Source of the DNA: an uncultured Eubacteriales bacterium
Lineage (GTDB): Bacteria; Bacillota; Clostridia; TANB77; CAG-508
Direction of reading: 5' to 3'
Assembly: GCA_949840345.1 (NCBI GenBank)
Contig: CATKWX010000001.1
Location: 155,538-219,537 of the forward strand
DNA length: 64,000 nucleotides
The notes beneath the pieces were generated by a model. That model was given only the letters and a program-made list of their open reading frames with translations. It was not told where the DNA came from and did not search any database. A program made the translations under genes and the position numbers. Position 1 is the first letter of the stretch. Each line of letters begins with the position of its first letter. Below, piece by piece: positions 11,512-21,319 of this stretch.

Positions 11512-14259
11512 TTATTTTAAATTCTCACTACATCTATGGCATATTGTAGGATTTTCTTTATCCTCTCCTACAGTTTCAGAATACATCCAGCATCTTTCAC
11601 ATTTCCCACCTTTTGCAACTTCTATAGCTATATTCTTTGTACCTTCTATTATTTCTAAATCTGATACTATAAATACTGCAACTAATTCTTTTTCTACACT
11701 TTTTAGGAAATTATATTCATCGCCCTCAGCAGTTAATATAACTTTCGCATTTAAAGAATGTCCTATTATTTTTCCTGCTCTTGCTTCTTCTAGCTTCTTA
11801 GCGACTTCTTCTTTTAAAGAAACTATTTTTTCCCATTTTGCTTTTAATTCTTTATTGTCATATTTAGAGTTTTCATCAGGCCATTTTGCAAGCATTACAC
11901 TTTCAAAATTTTCGTTATTTTTATGTGGCATAAAACTCCATATTTCTTCTGATGTAAAGCATACAAGTGGTGTAAGCATAACTACTAATGCTTGTAGTAT
12001 TTCATACATTGTAGTTTGTGCTGCTCTTCTCTTTATAGAATCTGGCTTTGAAGTATATAGTCTATCTTTTATTATGTCTAAATAAAAATTACTCATATCT
12101 ACAACACAGAATTCGTTTATATCGTGATATACTGTATGGAACTCATATTCATTGTATCCATTTGTTACTTTCTTTATCAACTCATTTAATTTTAATAGTG
12201 CAAATTTATCTATTTCTTCTAAATCTTCATAAGCAACTGGATTATTTACATTAAAATCGTTTATATTTCCTAAAATATATCTGCAAGTATTTCTTATCTT
12301 TCTATATACTTCTGTTATTTGTTTTAATATATCTTTAGATAAGCTTATTTCATTTTTGTAATCTGATGATAAAACCCATAGTCTTAATATGTCTGCTCCG
12401 TATTCTTTTATTATATCTTGAGGGCTTATACCATTTCCAGAAGATTTAGACATTTTCTTTCCATGTTCATCTATTACAAATCCATGTGTTAGAACTTCTT
12501 TATATGGTGCAACACCTTTTGTTGCAACAGATGTAAGTATTGATGATTGGAACCATCCTCTGTATTGATCGTTTCCTTCTAGATACATATTTGCAGGTGG
12601 TAAACCACGCTCTGCTAAAACTGCTTCGTGTGTTGAACCAGAATCAAACCAAACATCCATTATATCTGTTTCTTTTCTAAAATGATTGTTCCCACATTCA
12701 CACTTTGCATTTTCTGGCATTAGTTCTTCTACGCTTAAATCATGCCAAGCATTTGAACCTTTCTCTCTAAATATTTTTTGTATTTTTGCAATGCTTTCAT
12801 CTGTTATATATTCTTTTCCACAGTCTTCACAATAAAATATTGGTATTGGTAGTCCCCAAGTACGTTGTCTTGATATACACCAATCTGCTCTGTCTTTTAC
12901 CATTGCTGTAATTCTATCTTCTCCCCAAGCTGGAATCCATTTTACTTTTTTAATTTCTTCTAGAGTTTTTTCTCTAAAGCCTTCAACAGATGCAAACCAT
13001 TGGTCTGTTGCTCTAAATATTATTGGATTTTTACATCTCCAACAATGTGGGTATGAATGGTTTATTACTTGTTTATGTAGAAGATAATTATTTTCTTCTA
13101 ACCATTCTATTATTTTATCGTTTGATTTATCATATCTTAAATCCGCAGCGATTCCTGCTTCTTCTGTTTGGAATCCTTTTCCATCAACTGTTACAACTAT
13201 ATCTAATCCGTTTTTTAATCCGCAAAGATAATCCTCTTTACCATATCCAGGAGCTGTATGTACTGCACCAGTACCTGTATCTAATTCAACAAGTATTGTA
13301 TCATCACTACCTAGAACAACTCTTGATAATCTATCTATAAATGGATGTTTACACATTACGCCTTCTAAGTCTGTTCCTTTAAATTGTTTTTCTGTTTTGT
13401 AATCTTCAATTCCCGCTTGGCTCATTACGCTATCAACTAAAGCAGTTGCCATAATGTATTTTTCTTTTCCTACATTTACTATACTATAATCATAATCTCC
13501 ACCTATTGTTATTCCTACGTTTCCAGGTAATGTCCAAGGTGTTGTTGTCCAAATTACAAAATATGTATTTTCTTTATCAAATAATCCCTTAGAATCTTCT
13601 ACTGCAAATTTTACAAATATTGATGTTGTTTTATGGTCTGCATATTCTATTTCTGCTTCTGCTAAAGCTGTTTCACAATCTGTACACCAATATACTGGCT
13701 TTAGTCCTTTATATATGTATCCTTTTTTATACATCTGGCCAAATACACCAATTTGTCTTGCTTCAAATTCTGGTTGTAATGTAATATATGGATGTTCCCA
13801 GTCTCCAAGCACACCTAGTCTTTTAAAGCCTTCTGTTTGTTTTTCTACAAAGCTTAAAGCAAAGTCACGGCAAGTATTTCTAAATTTAGATACACCTATT
13901 TCGTCTTTATTTAAACCTAATGCTTGTATTGCCCTTTTTTCTGTAGGTAATCCGTGTGTATCAAATCCCGGCACATATGGAGTATAGTATCCTCTTAAGT
14001 TTTTGTATCTTACTACAGTATCTTTTAATACTTTATTTAGGGCATGACCAATATGTATTTCTCCGTTTGCATATGGAGGTCCATCGTGTAATACATAAGG
14101 CTCATTTCCTTCGTTTTTCTTTAATATTTTTTGATATAAACCATTTTCAAATACTTTTTCTTGTATTTTTGGTTCATTCTCTGGTAGACTTGCTCTCATA
14201 GGGAAGTCTGTTTTTGGTAAATTTAATGTTTTTCCATAGTCTTTCTTTTCTTCTGACAT
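11512..14259 (-). CDS. ileS: isoleucine--tRNA ligase
   Basis: HIGH/KMSKS class I signatures (GHALNKV, KMSKSSGN), a C-terminal zinc finger, and 915 aa. The true start is ATG at 14259, after an SD AAGGAGG. The ORF-track start is a TTG that reads the SD as codons. Confidence 0.95.
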   Translation of the reverse strand: MSEEKKDYGKTLNLPKTDFPMRASLPENEPKIQEKVFENGLYQKILKKNEGNEPYVLHDGPPYANGEIHIGHALNKVLKDTVVRYKNLRGYYTPYVPGFDTHGLPTEKRAIQALGLNKDEIGVSKFRNTCRDFALSFVEKQTEGFKRLGVLGDWEHPYITLQPEFEARQIGVFGQMYKKGYIYKGLKPVYWCTDCETALAEAEIEYADHKTTSIFVKFAVEDSKGLFDKENTYFVIWTTTPWTLPGNVGITIGGDYDYSIVNVGKEKYIMATALVDSVMSQAGIEDYKTEKQFKGTDLEGVMCKHPFIDRLSRVVLGSDDTILVELDTGTGAVHTAPGYGKEDYLCGLKNGLDIVVTVDGKGFQTEEAGIAADLRYDKSNDKIIEWLEENNYLLHKQVINHSYPHCWRCKNPIIFRATDQWFASVEGFREKTLEEIKKVKWIPAWGEDRITAMVKDRADWCISRQRTWGLPIPIFYCEDCGKEYITDESIAKIQKIFREKGSNAWHDLSVEELMPENAKCECGNNHFRKETDIMDVWFDSGSTHEAVLAERGLPPANMYLEGNDQYRGWFQSSILTSVATKGVAPYKEVLTHGFVIDEHGKKMSKSSGNGISPQDIIKEYGADILRLWVLSSDYKNEISLSKDILKQITEVYRKIRNTCRYILGNINDFNVNNPVAYEDLEEIDKFALLKLNELIKKVTNGYNEYEFHTVYHDINEFCVVDMSNFYLDIIKDRLYTSKPDSIKRRAAQTTMYEILQALVVMLTPLVCFTSEEIWSFMPHKNNENFESVMLAKWPDENSKYDNKELKAKWEKIVSLKEEVAKKLEEARAGKIIGHSLNAKVILTAEGDEYNFLKSVEKELVAVFIVSDLEIIEGTKNIAIEVAKGGKCERCWMYSETVGEDKENPTICHRCSENLK

Positions 14260-14274
14260 AATTTTTTCCTCCTT

Positions 14275-14339
14275 CAAAATTTGCGAAGAGCAAATTTTGT
14301 ATTATTCACTATTCACTCTTCATTATTCACTATTCATTA
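14275..14339. repeat. Family A: P (caaaatttgcgaagagcaaattttg) plus heptamer tandem, inside the ileS 5' leader
   Basis: Lies between the T-box terminator and the ileS SD. Confidence 0.8.
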
Positions 14340-14364
14340 CAATCTGTTTATAGAAATATAAATT

Positions 14365-14500
14365 TTAAATTACGTTCCTCGGCTACATTACGAAATTTAA
14401 GAAATTCTAAATTCGTTTTATGGCACCCTTCCACGCATAGCGTGAACTCTTTCCATAAAACTTCATAAGAATTTCTAACATTTCTTCATTTGCATTCGTC
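14365..14500 (-). repeat. Family C structured element (inverted orientation) in ileS leader
   Basis: Reverse complement matches 17218-17362 and 22222-22368. The helix cgttttatgg/ccataaaacg covaries with the other copies. Confidence 0.75.
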
Positions 14501-14519
14501 ACTTAATTTAAAATTTAAT

Positions 14520-14785
14520 TTCTATAATTAAATTTGCATATGAAAACAAAAAATCCCTCATCCATAATAGGACGAAGGATTATAAAATCAACCGTGGTAC
14601 CACCTAAATTAACTTAAAAATTATAAGTTCACTCTCATTCATTTAACGCATGGATTACGGCTTAACTTACTACAATTTTCACTTAAGCAACTAAAAGGTG
14701 ATAATAAATAAATTATTATTCTACCAAAATTTCAGCATACATTTGGCTCTCTAAAGATTTTACTTTATTTACCGTGTCCTTTATT
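14520..14785 (-). ncRNA. T-box riboswitch leader of ileS
   Basis: Minus strand shows AAUUUAGGUGGUACCACGG (T-box consensus AAUUAGGGUGGUACCGCGG). It is followed by a 9-bp terminator stem (ccuucgucc/ggaugaggg) plus a U-run, with an AGAGAG GA motif near the 5' end. The position is the usual one for ileS. Confidence 0.65.
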
Positions 14786-14808
14786 ATTGTTTTTAAATTA
14801 TAGATTAT

Positions 14809-14837
14809 ATTGTACCACGTTTTATTTTTGTTGGCAA
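14809..14837 (-). promoter_or_regulatory. sigma-A type promoter of the ileS T-box leader
   Basis: Minus strand has TTGCCA, a 17-nt spacer, and TGgTACAAT (extended -10). Confidence 0.5.
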
Positions 14838-14855
14838 GAGATAATTGTTAGATTT

Positions 14856-15387
14856 TTATAACTTATTAAATTTCACTACCCTTGCTGGAATTCCTACTAC
14901 TGTTACATTATCTTCTATATCTTTTAGTACTACAGCACTTGCACCTATTTTTACATTGTTTCCAATGTTTATTGGCCCTAATACCCTTGCACCTGTTCCT
15001 ACCATTACATTGTTTCCGAGCGTTGGATGTCTTTTATATTTATCTTTTCCAGTTCCACCTAGTGTAACTTGATGATATATTGTGCAATCATTTCCGTACA
15101 ACTGCAGTTTCTCCTATTACTATTCCCATACCATGGTCTATAAATAATCTATTCCCTATTTGTGCACCCGGATGAATTTCTATTCCTGTAATAAATCTTG
15201 AAATTTGTGATATTAATCTAGCTATAAATTTTAATTTTATTTTATAAAAAGTATGTGCAATTCTATGAAAAAATAGAGCATGAAAACCCGGATACAAAAA
15301 TATTACTTCTAAAATATTTTTTGTAGCAGGGTCCTTTTCTTTTATATTCTTTGCATCTAAATATAAGTTTTTTATTCCAGAAAACAT
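14856..15387 (-). CDS. cysE: serine O-acetyltransferase; frameshifted
   Basis: Hexapeptide-repeat C-terminus and a CysE N-terminus in two frames (ORFs 15088-15387 and 14856-15101). The sequence gttgtaCggaaat replaces the expected AVVGNDC, i.e. an extra C before GGA at about 15095. Confidence 0.7.
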
Positions 15388-15465
15388 AAAATTACACCTC
15401 TATACATTATATTACTAATATATTTTAAGGTGCAAAACAAAGGACGAATTCCTTCGCCCCCATAA

Positions 15466-15849
15466 TTACAATATATTTTGTTTTTCAGTTTCTCTTGCAT
15501 TTCCTTTTACCACTCTTTTAATATAGTGAACAAATTTCCTCCAAATTGATATTTTATCTACTACTGTTAAATCTGTTATTTGAGATAACTGCTCTTCATA
15601 TTTATTTTCTTTTTTATTTAATATTCCTTCTGTATTTATATTATTTATAGAAAAATTCAAATCATTTCCTTTTGTAATATCTAGCTCTACTAAAAAACCA
15701 TCTAGCGTTTCCATAACATTTACCTTGCTAGTATTCTTTGTTACAAAAGATGGATTTTCTTTAAATATTTTTCCCTTATATTCAATTTGTAGTTTATTAT
15801 TTTTTAAAGTTGTATTTATTGAATAATCTAAATTATCAATACCTTTCAT
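15466..15849 (-). CDS. hypothetical protein (127 aa)
   Basis: ORF followed by a hairpin plus T-run terminator at about 15405-15450. Confidence 0.35.
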   Translation of the reverse strand: MKGIDNLDYSINTTLKNNKLQIEYKGKIFKENPSFVTKNTSKVNVMETLDGFLVELDITKGNDLNFSINNINTEGILNKKENKYEEQLSQITDLTVVDKISIWRKFVHYIKRVVKGNARETEKQNIL

Positions 15850-15952
15850 CTTCCGTTTCTCCCATTTTTCTACATTTTTCTAATTATACTATATACTTAA
15901 ACTTCATTTTTGGCAAGCATTTTTTAGAAATTTTATAGAAAAGGGCACAGTG

Positions 15953-16050
15953 GTATGGCGAGTCACGGGTACTCCCGCAAACGGTGCCCCTACAATATTT
16001 GCAATATGTTTTGTAGGGGCGGACGAATCACTCCTCCCGCATTATATCAA
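15953..16050. repeat. Family A: H3' plus CTACA plus Q plus inverted GTAGG-hairpin
   Basis: Immediately downstream of the Rpn nuclease gene. Confidence 0.75.
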
Positions 16051-16065
16051 GCAAACAGTCTATTT

Positions 16066-17001
16066 TCATATACTGCAAAAAAGCACTCTTTTTGGGTTCA
16101 CTTGAGTGAATAAAAGGGTGCTTATTGTTTTTATATCAATAATTATTTTTTGAATTGAATTTATTTTGATTTTGCTAGGTCTTCTTCGGATATTCCTGTT
16201 GTTTTTGATATGATTTTTATGTCTATTCCTTCGCTTAATAATTGCTTTGCTACTTTTTGCATTCCGAGCTTTTATCCCTTTGTGGTAACCAGCCTGTTCT
16301 ATTGCCTTTTGGTCCATTATGTATTTTTGCCTTAAGAATGCTAGGTATCTTTCGTGTTCGTCTTCGCTTATTTCTTTTAATACTTCTTTTGCTTTTTCTA
16401 TTGCTACTGTATTTTCTTTGCTCATTTCTACCACTTCCTTTGGATTTTCCAAAAAGGCTATCCACGGTTTTAATGCTTGCTCTGTTTTTATTGTGTTCTT
16501 CTTTGCCTTTGGTAATTCTATTATACATATTTCTAATATATCTGTCAATATGACAGTAGAATATTCTTCTTCTCGTATTTGCCATTTTGTGAAACTTTTT
16601 GGTATTTTCTTTAGGTTTTCTAGTTCGTAATCTACTATTAACACTACTATTGTTTTGTTCAATTTCATATAGTCTTCTCCTGCTTTTATTTGTTTTGTAT
16701 ATAGCATACTCCAGTAATACATTATTCTTTTTTCTGCATTGTGCCTATCTACTATTTGCATTTCTATATCTATATCCATTTCTTTGTTTATTTTTGCGTG
16801 TATGTCTATTATTCCTAGTTTATCATCCATTAAGTCTTTTTCTAATATTGGGTTTTCGTCTACTGTTATTTCGTTTATTTTTTCTTTTATTATGGTGTCT
16901 AATAATTGTTTCGTTATTTTTTCGTTTCCGGCTCGTCCGAATATTCTTTTAAATACATAATCGTTTTTTGGATCTAATAATTCTGTTTCTATAAGCATCA
17001 C
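16066..17001 (-). CDS. Rpn-family recombination-promoting nuclease/putative transposase (PD-(D/E)XK, YhgA-like); frameshifted
   Basis: N-terminus DYVFKRIFG and the core are typical of the Rpn/Transposase_31 family. The canonical C-terminus (AGMQKVAKQLLSEGIDIKIISKTTGISEEDLAKSK) is in another frame. The sequence aaagctCggaatg carries an extra C before GGA at about 16265. Confidence 0.65.
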   Translation of the reverse strand: MMLIETELLDPKNDYVFKRIFGRAGNEKITKQLLDTIIKEKINEITVDENPILEKDLMDDKLGIIDIHAKINKEMDIDIEMQIVDRHNAEKRIMYYWSMLYTKQIKAGEDYMKLNKTIVVLIVDYELENLKKIPKSFTKWQIREEEYSTVILTDILEICIIELPKAKKNTIKTEQALKPWIAFLENPKEVVEMSKENTVAIEKAKEVLKEISEDEHERYLAFLRQKYIMDQKAIEQAGYHKGIKARNAKSSKAIIKRRNRHKNHIKNNRNIRRRPSKIKINSIQKIIIDIKTISTLLFTQVNPKRVLFCSI

Positions 17002-17217
17002 TTCTTTCGTTTTTTGATTTTTTGTTGCAAATGTTTATATAGGGTAGTGTTTACAATTTTGTTTTTTTGGAAAAAATTTAGGCAGATTTGCCTTTAGATA
17101 ATAATTTATTGATATTAAAAACTGATTTATTTATATAATATTATTTCGGTTTTGTCAATATGTATTTTGTATGTATTTGTTTGCAATATGTTCATATAAA
17201 TAGAAAATATAATAAAA

Positions 17218-17362
17218 GAATAAAATGACGAATGCAAATCGAAAAATTTTAGAAATTCTTATGCGGATTTTATGGAAAATGTTCAAGCTTGCCTTGAAAG
17301 GGTGCCATAAAATCGAATTAGAATTTCTTATATTTTGTAATGCAGCCGAGGAATTTTATTCT
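17218..17362 (+). repeat. Family C structured element with terminal inverted repeats (aataaaat..CG / CGAGGAATTTTATT)
   Basis: Internal helices are agaaattct/agaatttct and gattttatgg/ccataaaatc, plus a variable hairpin. Confidence 0.75.
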
Positions 17363-17404
17363 TTTATTATATTTTTGTATTTCATTATATATGAAACAAT
17401 AATT

Positions 17405-18235
17405 TTATCTTTTAAATTCGTCTAATGATTTAAACTCATACCCACTTTTCTTAATCTCCTTTATGCAATAATCTAATGTATTTGCATTATCTTTTGAATT
17501 CCCGTGTAATAATATTACAGCTCCATTATGGGTATTTCCTAATATTTTTTGTTTAGCATAATCTTCCCTATCTTGCTTCTTTTCATCCCAATCATCATAT
17601 GCAAAACTCCACATTACAGTTGTATATCCTAAAGACTGAATTTTACTTAAAGTTCTCTCACTATATTCTCCCATCGGTGGTCTTAAATATTTCATTTCAT
17701 ATCCAAACTTATTGTATACTGCTGTATGTAAATCTTGTATTTCCGATTTTATTTTATCATCTGTTAAATCTGGCATACTATAATGATTTACTGTATGATT
17801 TCCTATTATATGTCCTTCATCTATCATTCTTTTTACTAAATCTGGCTGACTATTTACGTAATGCGCAGTTATAAAAAATGTTGCTTTTACTTCATTTTCC
17901 TTTAATGTATCTAGAATTTTAGATGTATATCCTGCTTCATATCCTTCGTCAAAAGTTAAATATACTATTTTTTCTTCACTATTTCCTATAGCAATTCCAT
18001 TGTATTTATCAATAAGCTGTTTATTATTTGCACCTAAATCTGGTTGAGAATGTGTGTCGTTTCTTTTTATTCCCCAACCTATTTTTTTATTACTTAAATC
18101 GCTACTTTCATTTACTGCTACTCCACTTGTTTGCACAGTTTTCATATCTTTTGAATTTATTATACTAACTGTAAATATTATTGTAATTATCCCTAATGCA
18201 ACTGCAATAATAGAACGAACAGATTTTATCTTCAT
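17405..18235 (-). CDS. polysaccharide deacetylase family protein (sporulation PdaA/PdaB-like)
   Basis: TFDEGY and HTVNH NodB motifs with a signal/TM N-terminus. The start is ATG at 18235 after an SD AAGGAGG. Confidence 0.65.
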   Translation of the reverse strand: MKIKSVRSIIAVALGIITIIFTVSIINSKDMKTVQTSGVAVNESSDLSNKKIGWGIKRNDTHSQPDLGANNKQLIDKYNGIAIGNSEEKIVYLTFDEGYEAGYTSKILDTLKENEVKATFFITAHYVNSQPDLVKRMIDEGHIIGNHTVNHYSMPDLTDDKIKSEIQDLHTAVYNKFGYEMKYLRPPMGEYSERTLSKIQSLGYTTVMWSFAYDDWDEKKQDREDYAKQKILGNTHNGAVILLHGNSKDNANTLDYCIKEIKKSGYEFKSLDEFKR

Positions 18236-18303
18236 AAACATCCTCCTTATATTGTCTCTTTTTAACATTCTATTATTGTTTTATTTAAATTATTACTAAA
18301 AAA

Positions 18304-18360
18304 GGTGGCAACGCCTAAACGGAACGACATTGGTCTGTTCCCTACAATGTTTGAAATGTT
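18304..18360. repeat. Family A: degenerate H1 (ggaacgacattggtctgttcc) plus CTACA plus Q-like
   Basis: Same degenerate H1 variant as at 9004, 26455 and 47489. Confidence 0.7.
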
Positions 18361-18370
18361 TTTGTATATA

Positions 18371-19534
18371 TCACACAAATTCTTCCCATACTAAGTTTGC
18401 AAAGTCTATTCCTTTTGCAGTTAATTTTATATTGTCTCCATCTATTTCTAACAATTCGCTTTCTGTTAACTTTTCTATTTCTTTTCTATATGTGTACAAA
18501 GGATTTTCTTGAAACTTTGCTTTATATTCTTTTATCTCTACACCAGCTATTGTTCTTAATTTTAATATCATATATTCTTTTGCTTTACTTATCTTTGTTT
18601 GAATTTCATTTACTTGCTTAATTTTGTTATATTCTTCATTTTCTATATTCTTAATATATTGACTTAAATCTTCTATATTTGAATATCTTACATTATTAAT
18701 ATATGAATGAGCAGCTACCCCAAACCCATAATATTCTTGTTGATTCCAGCAATTACTATTATGCTTAGATTCATAACTTTCCTTTGCGAAGTTAGATATC
18801 TCATAATGTATATATCCGTTATTTTCTAATACTTCTTTTGTTTTCCAGTACATTTTACGTTCTATATCGTCTGATGGCAAGTCTAGTACTTTTTTATTTA
18901 TTAAATCTTCTAACTTTGTTCCTTCTTCTAATATAAGAGAATATACAGATATGTGAGTTGGCTTTAAATTCATAACTTGTTTTAAGCTTCTATCTAAATC
19001 TTCTAAAGTTTGATTTGGTAACGCTAACATTAAGTCCACATTTATATTTGTAAATCCAACTTGTTGTATTAATTTATATGCCTCTTCAAATTGTTTATAT
19101 GTATGTATTCTTCCTATGCTCTTAAGTATAGTATCGTTAGTAGTTTGCAAGCCTAAACTTATTCTATTTATTTTCGCCCTTTTATAATCTTCTATTTTTT
19201 CTTTATCTACTGTCCCCGGATTTACTTCTATTGTTACTTCTCTTGTTTTGTCAAACCCAACTATACTATAAATTTCTTCTAAAACTTCTACTATATATTT
19301 GCTATTAATTACTGATGGTGTACCACCACCTATATATATAGTATCTATTTTGTCTTTGCCATTTAATTTATATTTAATTTCCTTTTTCAAAGCATTTATA
19401 TACTGTTCTATCATTTCTTCTTTTTTAGCAAACGATACAAAATCGCAATAATAACATTTTTGTTTACAAAACGGTATGTGTATGTATATTCCGAAAGAAT
19501 TTCTAAAAATGTCTTCTGTTTCTTTAGCATTCAT
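18371..19534 (-). CDS. hemW: radical SAM family heme chaperone HemW (HemN-like)
   Basis: IHIPFCKQKCYYCDF CxxxCxxC radical-SAM motif, about 385 aa. Confidence 0.8.
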   Translation of the reverse strand: MNAKETEDIFRNSFGIYIHIPFCKQKCYYCDFVSFAKKEEMIEQYINALKKEIKYKLNGKDKIDTIYIGGGTPSVINSKYIVEVLEEIYSIVGFDKTREVTIEVNPGTVDKEKIEDYKRAKINRISLGLQTTNDTILKSIGRIHTYKQFEEAYKLIQQVGFTNINVDLMLALPNQTLEDLDRSLKQVMNLKPTHISVYSLILEEGTKLEDLINKKVLDLPSDDIERKMYWKTKEVLENNGYIHYEISNFAKESYESKHNSNCWNQQEYYGFGVAAHSYINNVRYSNIEDLSQYIKNIENEEYNKIKQVNEIQTKISKAKEYMILKLRTIAGVEIKEYKAKFQENPLYTYRKEIEKLTESELLEIDGDNIKLTAKGIDFANLVWEEFV

Positions 19535-19566
19535 ATTTTACTCTCCTAGTATTTTATTTAAAAAAC

Positions 19567-20376
19567 TTATTCATTTTTTGAAATATCAGATTCATTCCTT
19601 CTTCTCCTTGAAAAAAAGTCTTTTTCTAGTACTTCTTTCTGTTGTTCTGATGTCAAATTATTAAAATAATATGGATTTTCATAAAATACAATTCTATTAG
19701 CATCTATACCTCTACATCTATCGGCATCTATACCCTCTAAATAACTTTTTCTATTTCTCAAATATGTAGCTCCCCTTACCAAATATGGTGGTATAACACT
19801 TTGCCCCACACCTTTATATATAATATCCTCATTAAAATTTTTGTAAAACTCTTTAGATTTATCAGATATGCTTACATACGGAAATTCATTTGAAAAATTT
19901 TCTGCTTTTTTTCTTTCATAATCTGTTATAAAATTTTTTTGTGCATCTCTATCTAAAATCAATTCTCTCTTGATTGAAAATGGAGATAAAAAATTATGTG
20001 TAGAACCAGCTCGATACCTATTAATTTTTTCTTCGTCAGTAAAGAATCGTGATAAAAATTCTATTGGAAGTTGTAGTATTACGCTCACACTTCCAGCCAT
20101 ATTACGCTTATCTGGGTCAATATAAGCTCTTGTGCATACTTCTTTGGCATTATCTGGAGACGAATAGGTGGCATAAGTTTGACCAGTACAAATAATTCCA
20201 TTTAAAAAAATCTTTCCAGCTTTTTCAATGTCTGTTCCGTGAGAAGCAACTGCCCCATCCTTTTTAATAATTTCTCTAATTAATTCTAAAACTTCATTTC
20301 CCTCTAATACTTTCTTACAATCTTTTTGTATATCTATTCCTTTAATAAAATTATAATCTCTCATCCACAAACTCAT
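19567..20376 (-). CDS. hypothetical protein (269 aa)
   Basis: ORF with an SD AGAGGAG and no recognised motif. It occupies the position where yvcK is usually found upstream of whiA. Confidence 0.35.
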   Translation of the reverse strand: MSLWMRDYNFIKGIDIQKDCKKVLEGNEVLELIREIIKKDGAVASHGTDIEKAGKIFLNGIICTGQTYATYSSPDNAKEVCTRAYIDPDKRNMAGSVSVILQLPIEFLSRFFTDEEKINRYRAGSTHNFLSPFSIKRELILDRDAQKNFITDYERKKAENFSNEFPYVSISDKSKEFYKNFNEDIIYKGVGQSVIPPYLVRGATYLRNRKSYLEGIDADRCRGIDANRIVFYENPYYFNNLTSEQQKEVLEKDFFSRRRRNESDISKNE

Positions 20377-20431
20377 AATTACATATCTCCTCTTACTATT
20401 TTATATTATATATAAATATCTCATATTTTCA

Positions 20432-21073
20432 CTACTTTCTTAGACTTTCTGCTATTTCGTGTAATTTCTTTAATCTATGGTTCACACCAGATTTGCCTAT
20501 TGGAGTGGTTAAGCTTAAACCTAATTCCTCTAATGTTAATTCTGGATTTTCTTCTCGAGCTTGTGCAATTTCTTTTAGTCCCTTTGGTAAATCATCAAAC
20601 TTTTTTAGCCTTCTAATTAGCTTTATATCTTCTATTTGCATTACTGATGCATTTACTGTTTTATTTAAATTTGCTGTTTCGCAATTTACAAGCCTATTTA
20701 TATTGTTTTTAGTTTCCTTTATAACCCTTATTTCTTCAAATTTCAACATAGCTGCATTTGCACCAATAAAAGCTAAAAATTTAGATATTTCCTCTCCATC
20801 TTTTATGTATATCATATAGCTTTTATTCTTTGTTATAATTTTTGCATTTATGTAATATCTGTTTAAAATTTCTATTATTTCTTCTGCCTTATCTTGTGTT
20901 TTAAACAATATTTCTAAATGATAATCTTTATTTGGGTTATTTATAAAACCTGTTTTTATAAAAGCTTCTCTTACGCAAATTCTGTCTATTTGCTCACTTT
21001 GCTTCATACTGCTTTTTGCGTCCCATACCTTTTGATTTAACAATTCCTCTTTTAAATCTGTTGAAAAAGACAT
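20432..21073 (-). CDS. whiA: DNA-binding protein WhiA, short form (lacks about 100 aa of the N-terminal LAGLIDADG-like domain)
   Basis: The C-terminus NRLVNCETANLNKT...SGVNHRLKK and middle YHLEI match WhiA. MSFSTDLKEEL matches the WhiA N-terminus, but residues 15-115 are absent. Confidence 0.7.
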   Translation of the reverse strand: MSFSTDLKEELLNQKVWDAKSSMKQSEQIDRICVREAFIKTGFINNPNKDYHLEILFKTQDKAEEIIEILNRYYINAKIITKNKSYMIYIKDGEEISKFLAFIGANAAMLKFEEIRVIKETKNNINRLVNCETANLNKTVNASVMQIEDIKLIRRLKKFDDLPKGLKEIAQAREENPELTLEELGLSLTTPIGKSGVNHRLKKLHEIAESLRK

Positions 21074-21086
21074 ATGTTTCTCCTTT

Positions 21087-21200
21087 CAAAAATCGAAGAT
21101 TTTTGTACTGTTCGCTCTTCACTATTCACTTTTCATTATTCATTAGTGAGTCGATTAAGGTCTCGACCCTTACAGCGTTTGCAATATGTTTTTTTAGTAG
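21087..21200. repeat. Family A: P plus heptamers plus hairpin plus TTACA plus Q
   Basis: P abuts the whiA SD. Confidence 0.8.
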
Positions 21201-21319
21201 CTGGTGCGTAATTTGTCGTCCATTGCATTTTGCAATTATTTTATCATAAATTATTGTATGTTTCAATTAAATATAGAGGATGCTACTTATTTAAAGTCTC
21301 ATCCTCCATTTACTTTGCT

